Shown one piece after another: positions 27,564 through 32,791 of a stretch of DNA of 32,791 bases. Position 1 is the first letter of the stretch. Every line of letters starts with the position of its first letter. Both the position numbers and the translations under genes were made by a program. The notes under the pieces were generated by a model. It made no database searches. It was not told where the DNA came from and worked only from the letters and a program-made list of their open reading frames with translations. This stretch comes from an uncultured Psychrobacter sp. (GTDB lineage Bacteria; Pseudomonadota; Gammaproteobacteria; Pseudomonadales; Moraxellaceae): positions 1-32,791 of the forward strand of contig CBETCF010000001.1 of NCBI GenBank assembly GCA_965534785.1. Direction: 5' to 3'.

Positions 27564-30146
27564 ATGAGCCATCATTCTTCATTATTTGACAGCTATAGTA
27601 TTCGCCGTGTGCGTCCCCCTAAGAGTAAAATCGGCACTGGCGCCAAGCACGATAGTGCTATTAGCCACGTTATGGGCAGCGCCACTTACGTTGATGATAT
27701 GCTAAAGCCGCAAGATACCTTGCATCTAGCCATTGGTAAAAGTGCTCATGCTCATGCTCGTGTAGTGAGTATGGAGCTAGAGGCCGTTCGGGCTAGTGAT
27801 GGGGTATTGGACGTCATCACCTTTAAAGATTTAACGGCTAAAACCGATATTGGACCGGTATTTGATGGTGACCCGTTAATGGTAGACGCCATTACAGAAT
27901 ACGTCGGACAGACGCTATTTGCAGTGGTAGCGACCAGTCACCGTGCTGCCAAAAAAGCGACGCTTAAAGCAGAAGTTGAATACGAGCCATTGCCAGCGAT
28001 TTTGACCGTTGAGCAAGCGCTTGAGCAAGAGCAGTTCGTCCGTCCAAGCCATTTCATGACGCGCGGTGATGCGCAGACTGAGCTTAACAACGCGCCTAAA
28101 CGCATCTCAGGCCACATTCATATGCTAGGCCAAGAGCATTTTTATTTAGAAGGCCAAGTTTCTTACGTCGTGCCTTGCGATGATGGTGGTTTGGAGGTTT
28201 ACACTTCATCGCAGCATCCAAGTGAGGTGCAGCAGTTGGTCGCTGAAGTTGTGGATCTACCTTTCCATGCGGTAACTACTGTTGTACGTAGAATGGGTGG
28301 CGGCTTTGGCGGTAAAGAGACACAAGCCGCGGCTTGGGCTTGTCTGTGCGCTGTTGTGGCCAAGCGTCATAATGTACCGGTCAGTATGCGCTTGGATCGT
28401 CAAGATGACATGGTAGTCACCGGCAAGCGCCATGAATTCGCTAACCGTTATGAGGTCGGTGTTAATGACGAAGGTCAAATATTAGGCGTTGATATGCAGC
28501 TGTCTGGATTATGTGGCTACTCGCCTGATCTGTCGGATGCTATCGTTGACCGTGCTATGTTCCACTGTGATAATGGCTACTATTATCCTGCTGCGCAAGT
28601 CGCTGGACATCGCTGCAAAACTCATACGGTCTCTAATACTGCCTATCGCGGCTTTGGTGGCCCGCAAGGTCTGTTAACTGCCGAATATATGATGGATGAT
28701 ATTGCTTATACTTTAGGCAAAGATCCGTTACAAGTACGCTTGTCTAACCTATATAAAAACGGTCAAAGCACTCATTATGGTCAGCCGATTGAGCATTTTG
28801 ATTTAGCCACTATCATCGAAACTTTAGCTAAAGATTGCGATTACGAGAATCGTCGTCAAAAGACGATCGAGTTTAACAAAAAAGCTGAAGCTGAAGGTAG
28901 CGATAAGCGTTTAGGGTTAGCCTTGACGCCGGTGAAGTTCGGGATCTCTTTTACCGTGCAGCATCTGAACCAAGGAGGTGCACTAGTACATATCTATACT
29001 GATGGCACTATCCAGATCAATCATGGTGGTACGGAGATGGGGCAAGGGTTATATATCAAGATTGCCCAAATCGTCGCTAATGAATTCGATGTGGATTTAG
29101 ATACCGTAAAAGTGACTGCTACCCGTACGGATAAAGTACCCAATACTTCACCGACAGCAGCCTCATCAGGGACTGATATTAATGGTAAGGCAGCGCAAAA
29201 TGCTTGTATCACTATACGTGATCGCATTGTTGAGTTTGCCGCTGAGCATTTTGCAGTAGCAGCAAGGGATATCAAGTTTGAGCACAATCACGTGCATATC
29301 GGTGATAAAGAAACGATGACTTTTGCTGACATGGTGTTATTAGCTTATCAGCATCGTATTAGTCTTTCTTCTACTGGCTATTATAAGACACCAAAGATAT
29401 TTTATGATCGCTCAAAGGCTTGGGGTCGTCCGTTCTTCTATTTTGCGTTAGGGGCGTCGTGCTCTGAGGTCGAGATTGATACTTTAACAGGCGAGTATAA
29501 AGTACTGCGCTGCGATATCTTGCATGATGTTGGCCAGTCGATAAATCCAGCTATCGATATCGGTCAGATCGAAGGCGGTTTTGTGCAAGGGATGGGTTGG
29601 CTGACGACTGAAGAGCTAACTTGGGATAATAATGGCAATCTGGCCTCAAATAGCCCTGCTAATTATAAAATTCCTACCTCGCACGACCTGCCTAAGCAGT
29701 GGCAAGTCAAATTGTTCGATCGCAAGAACGAAGAGCAAACTATTTATAATTCTAAAGCCGTTGGTGAGCCGCCCTTTATGCTAGCCGCTAGTGTTTGGTG
29801 TGCTATCAATAATGCCGTGGCAAGCTTAGCAGATTATCAAAAAAACCCAGAGCTAACTATGCCAGCCACCCCAGAAGCTGTGCTCAAAGCGGTCATGCGC
29901 ATGCAAGGCGAGTCTTGGGAGATTGATACGGGCATTAATAATGACGCGATCGATAGCTTGAAGAAGAATAAGGATTGCACTACTCAAGTTGATGGTCTCG
30001 ACGATGAAAAAGTTGAACCGCAGCAAGTGCCTCATGCTAAAGATATCAATCCGCCAGAAGTGGTAGGTGAGCTGGTTGATGATCAGCCTGAAAATATAAA
30101 GAATCCTAACGTATCCGTTGGTCGAGGGCCTGCCCACAGTGATTGA
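27564..30146 (+). CDS. xdhB: Xanthine dehydrogenase molybdopterin-binding subunit
   Basis: HDSA..HV.G.A.Y.DD, QEHFYLE, RMGGGFGGKETQ, AYRGFGGPQG, GGTEMGQG, SPTAASSG, GQIEGGFVQG, SKAVGEPP (catalytic Glu). Confidence 0.97.
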   Translation: MSHHSSLFDSYSIRRVRPPKSKIGTGAKHDSAISHVMGSATYVDDMLKPQDTLHLAIGKSAHAHARVVSMELEAVRASDGVLDVITFKDLTAKTDIGPVFDGDPLMVDAITEYVGQTLFAVVATSHRAAKKATLKAEVEYEPLPAILTVEQALEQEQFVRPSHFMTRGDAQTELNNAPKRISGHIHMLGQEHFYLEGQVSYVVPCDDGGLEVYTSSQHPSEVQQLVAEVVDLPFHAVTTVVRRMGGGFGGKETQAAAWACLCAVVAKRHNVPVSMRLDRQDDMVVTGKRHEFANRYEVGVNDEGQILGVDMQLSGLCGYSPDLSDAIVDRAMFHCDNGYYYPAAQVAGHRCKTHTVSNTAYRGFGGPQGLLTAEYMMDDIAYTLGKDPLQVRLSNLYKNGQSTHYGQPIEHFDLATIIETLAKDCDYENRRQKTIEFNKKAEAEGSDKRLGLALTPVKFGISFTVQHLNQGGALVHIYTDGTIQINHGGTEMGQGLYIKIAQIVANEFDVDLDTVKVTATRTDKVPNTSPTAASSGTDINGKAAQNACITIRDRIVEFAAEHFAVAARDIKFEHNHVHIGDKETMTFADMVLLAYQHRISLSSTGYYKTPKIFYDRSKAWGRPFFYFALGASCSEVEIDTLTGEYKVLRCDILHDVGQSINPAIDIGQIEGGFVQGMGWLTTEELTWDNNGNLASNSPANYKIPTSHDLPKQWQVKLFDRKNEEQTIYNSKAVGEPPFMLAASVWCAINNAVASLADYQKNPELTMPATPEAVLKAVMRMQGESWEIDTGINNDAIDSLKKNKDCTTQVDGLDDEKVEPQQVPHAKDINPPEVVGELVDDQPENIKNPNVSVGRGPAHSD

Positions 30147-31185
30147 TTCATCAGCCTTAACGTCTTTAAAGCAATCGAAGCCGCCGACACGTTGGTATGA
30201 AGGTCTAGCACAGTATCAGCAGCAGGGAGTCGCGCATGTATTGGCGACTGTGGTTGCGGTCAATGGCTCGGCTCCGCGCGCGCTACAAGCTAAAATGATT
30301 GTGACGTTGGATGGCATTTGTGACACGCTTGGCGGCGGTGGTCTTGAACATGACGTCACCAAGACGGCACGCCAGCTGCTAAACGGTGAGTTAGAAACGG
30401 GCGTAGTAGCAAATGCTGATAAGTCAAAAGAGGCTAATTCCGAAAAAACCAAAGCCATACGTCGTGAAGCCGTCTATACCAAGCACTATCCACTAGGCGC
30501 AAAGCTAGCCCAGTGCTGCGGTGGTAGCGTAACGGTGATGTTTGAATGTTTTAATGTGACACCGCCTTTATCGCTATTAGTGTTTGGCGCAGGACATGTA
30601 GCGGCTGCCTTGATGACTATTTTGGCAGAGCTACCTTGTCAAGTGGACTGGGTCGATAGTCGACCTGAGATGTTTGAGCGCTATTTACTAGAAGATAATG
30701 ACTGTAAAGTTAATCAGCCGTCTTACCGCTTGCCTGCGCACATTCGACCACATATTGATGATGATCTTGTTGATTTTGTTCGGCCGTTTGTCACTGATAA
30801 TCGACGCAACTTGTTAGATAATAAAGGAACTCAGCGCTTTATTTTAGTGATGACTCATGATCACAATTTAGACTTTGAATTGGTACGAGCGGCTTTAGAC
30901 ACTTGCATAGCGCTTGACCAAGATATCGAATCTGTTTTGGACAATGAAAATACTGATAAGCAAATCGCGACTGAAAACTTCACGCGATCATTGCCCTATA
31001 TAGGTTGCATTAGCTCAGCTACTAAGGCTAAGCGTTTTAAAGATCGTCTAATACAGCGCGGTTATGATCAACAATTAGTCGATCAATTAACTATGCCCAT
31101 TGGTCTAGAGATCGGCGGTAAAGAGCCGATGGCAGTTGCGGTTTCTATCGCTGCGCAAATTTTACAGCAGTACCATAACTCTTAG
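30139..31185 (+). CDS. xdhC: Xanthine dehydrogenase accessory (Moco maturation) protein XdhC
   Basis: GSAPR..AKM, TLGGGGLE, YPLGAKLAQCCGG, FGAGHV, VDSR, VMTHDH..D, MPIG...GKEP..VAVS. Start uncertain (track 30118); GTG 30139 follows GAGGG and overlaps the xdhB stop. Confidence 0.92.
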   Translation: MIDSSALTSLKQSKPPTRWYEGLAQYQQQGVAHVLATVVAVNGSAPRALQAKMIVTLDGICDTLGGGGLEHDVTKTARQLLNGELETGVVANADKSKEANSEKTKAIRREAVYTKHYPLGAKLAQCCGGSVTVMFECFNVTPPLSLLVFGAGHVAAALMTILAELPCQVDWVDSRPEMFERYLLEDNDCKVNQPSYRLPAHIRPHIDDDLVDFVRPFVTDNRRNLLDNKGTQRFILVMTHDHNLDFELVRAALDTCIALDQDIESVLDNENTDKQIATENFTRSLPYIGCISSATKAKRFKDRLIQRGYDQQLVDQLTMPIGLEIGGKEPMAVAVSIAAQILQQYHNS

Positions 31186-31367
31186 TTTATAAATTAAATT
31201 ACCCTTAAATTAGTTCGTCATAAATAACATTTTTGGCCTGGTTAGCCGTAATTTCATACGAGCTGCGTTGAGTGAATTTGTGCCCACATTATGATAATTA
31301 TGGCTTTATGATGAATCTATTAGCCTTTTGACAAATTAAATAATACCTATTAACGCGAGATACTCTT

Positions 31368-32771
31368 ATGACTATTCATATTTATCAGGCTAAGCTTTTG
31401 CATTACCTTACCGAAGATGATTTAACCAAACGTACCAATCTAGCAAATGAGTCACAAAAAAAATTAGGGGTTGATAAAAAGACAGTATTAACTCCAGTGA
31501 TAAAAGGCGTTACTGTTTATCCTGAGTATATCGCTGATGGCGCATTAGTTGTCGATGATCAGACAGGTCTAGTAGTCGATTACGGCGATAGTGAATCTAT
31601 TATGGTAGTCTACGCTAATAATGTAGAGGGGCGCAAACCAGTTCAAATCCACGATTATAAGCATAAGATAATCATGCCAGGCTTTATCGATACCCATGTC
31701 CATTATCCGCAGATCGATATGATTGCTTCTTATGGTGAGCAATTACTCGATTGGCTTAATAACTATACTTTTGTCACTGAAGCAAACTTTGGCGATCCAA
31801 AAGTGGCGCATGATACCTCAAAGTTCTTTTTGAATCAGCTCTTCGCTAATGGTACTACCAGCGCTATGGTATTTGCTACTAGCCACCCTGAATCGGTTGA
31901 AGCTTTTTTTACTGAGAGCGAGCGACTTAATACGCGGATGATTACCGGTAACGTATTAATGGATCAAAATGCGCCTGAACACTTATGTGTAGCGACAGAG
32001 CAGGGGATCCGTGACAGCCAAGATATCATCGATAAATGGCATAAGCGCGGTCGTCAGCATGTGGCTATTACTCCGCGCTTTGCTATTACTTCAACCCCTA
32101 AGCAGCTACAAATGGCAGGTGCGCTTTACCGTAGTTATGATGATGTTTACTTACAAACCCACCTAGCAGAAAACCGCGAGGAGGTGGCTTTTGTCCGTGA
32201 GCTTTATCCCAATCATAAAGGCTATCTCGATGTCTATGCTGATATGGGTTTACTTGGTCGCTATACGACATTGGCGCACGGTATCTATCTTGAGACTGCC
32301 GAATATGAAATACTGCGTGATACAGGTACGCAAGTCTCTCATTGTCCGACGTCTAACTTATTCTTAGGTAGCGGCCTATTTGATTTAGCCAAAACCTTAA
32401 GCTATACCGGTGTCAGTATTGCAACGGACGTAGGCGCGGGGACTAGCTTGTCAATGCTTACGACTTTGAACGAAGCTTATAAAGTTCAACAATTACAGAA
32501 TAATCCGTTGTCAGCGCATCAAGGCTTATATCAGATTACTTTAGGCAACGCGCAGTCATTACTATTAGACGATAAAATCGGTAACTTTATGCCTAATAAG
32601 GAAGCGGATTTTGTAGTGATTGACTTAGCAGGTACAGCCTTACTTGAGCGTCGTATGAGTCAGACTAAAACATTAGAGGAGCAGTTATTTGTGCTGATGA
32701 TGCTAGGCGATGATAGAGTCATTGAGCAGACTATTATTGGTGGCGTGAGTCGTTATAAGAAAGCGGTTTAG
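31368..32771 (+). CDS. guaD: Guanine deaminase
   Basis: PGFIDTHVHYPQ, LLDWLNNYTF, TPRFA, QTHLAEN, HCPTSNLFLGSG, ATDVGAG, MLGDDR. Follows xdhABC. Confidence 0.96.
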   Translation: MTIHIYQAKLLHYLTEDDLTKRTNLANESQKKLGVDKKTVLTPVIKGVTVYPEYIADGALVVDDQTGLVVDYGDSESIMVVYANNVEGRKPVQIHDYKHKIIMPGFIDTHVHYPQIDMIASYGEQLLDWLNNYTFVTEANFGDPKVAHDTSKFFLNQLFANGTTSAMVFATSHPESVEAFFTESERLNTRMITGNVLMDQNAPEHLCVATEQGIRDSQDIIDKWHKRGRQHVAITPRFAITSTPKQLQMAGALYRSYDDVYLQTHLAENREEVAFVRELYPNHKGYLDVYADMGLLGRYTTLAHGIYLETAEYEILRDTGTQVSHCPTSNLFLGSGLFDLAKTLSYTGVSIATDVGAGTSLSMLTTLNEAYKVQQLQNNPLSAHQGLYQITLGNAQSLLLDDKIGNFMPNKEADFVVIDLAGTALLERRMSQTKTLEEQLFVLMMLGDDRVIEQTIIGGVSRYKKAV

Positions 32772-32791
32772 AGTTTAAGACGAAAATAGTT

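Noticed and set aside
1..32791. CRISPR arrays, tRNA/rRNA genes, transposases, integrases, prophage or defence genes
   Set aside because: No regularly spaced repeats, cloverleafs or matching protein motifs seen.

Overview
Chromosomal window of an AT-rich gammaproteobacterium. The gene set and the many long low-complexity protein insertions suggest Moraxellaceae, most likely Psychrobacter (inference). In order: a partial acyltransferase-3 gene missed by the ORF track; rpoD and dnaG (no rpsU), with a sigma32-type promoter in front of rpoD; bamD divergent from rluD-pgeF-flavodoxin; a candidate 47-aa lipoprotein; a three-gene envelope redox module; a convergent tolQRAB lacking pal and ybgC; an NCS2/AzgA purine permease with an apparently structured leader; a PutA split into two genes; and xdhABC-guaD. 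The best novelty candidate is the redox module: a membrane-anchored triheme cytochrome c, a Tat-exported L-amino-acid-oxidase-family flavoprotein and a lipoprotein monoheme cytochrome c, which together look like a respiratory amino-acid/amine dehydrogenase rather than an H2O2-producing oxidase. Next are the nested RNA structure over the purine permease RBS and the split PutA. No CRISPR array, rRNA, tRNA or intact mobile element was seen. All RNA structures were found by eye, not computed.
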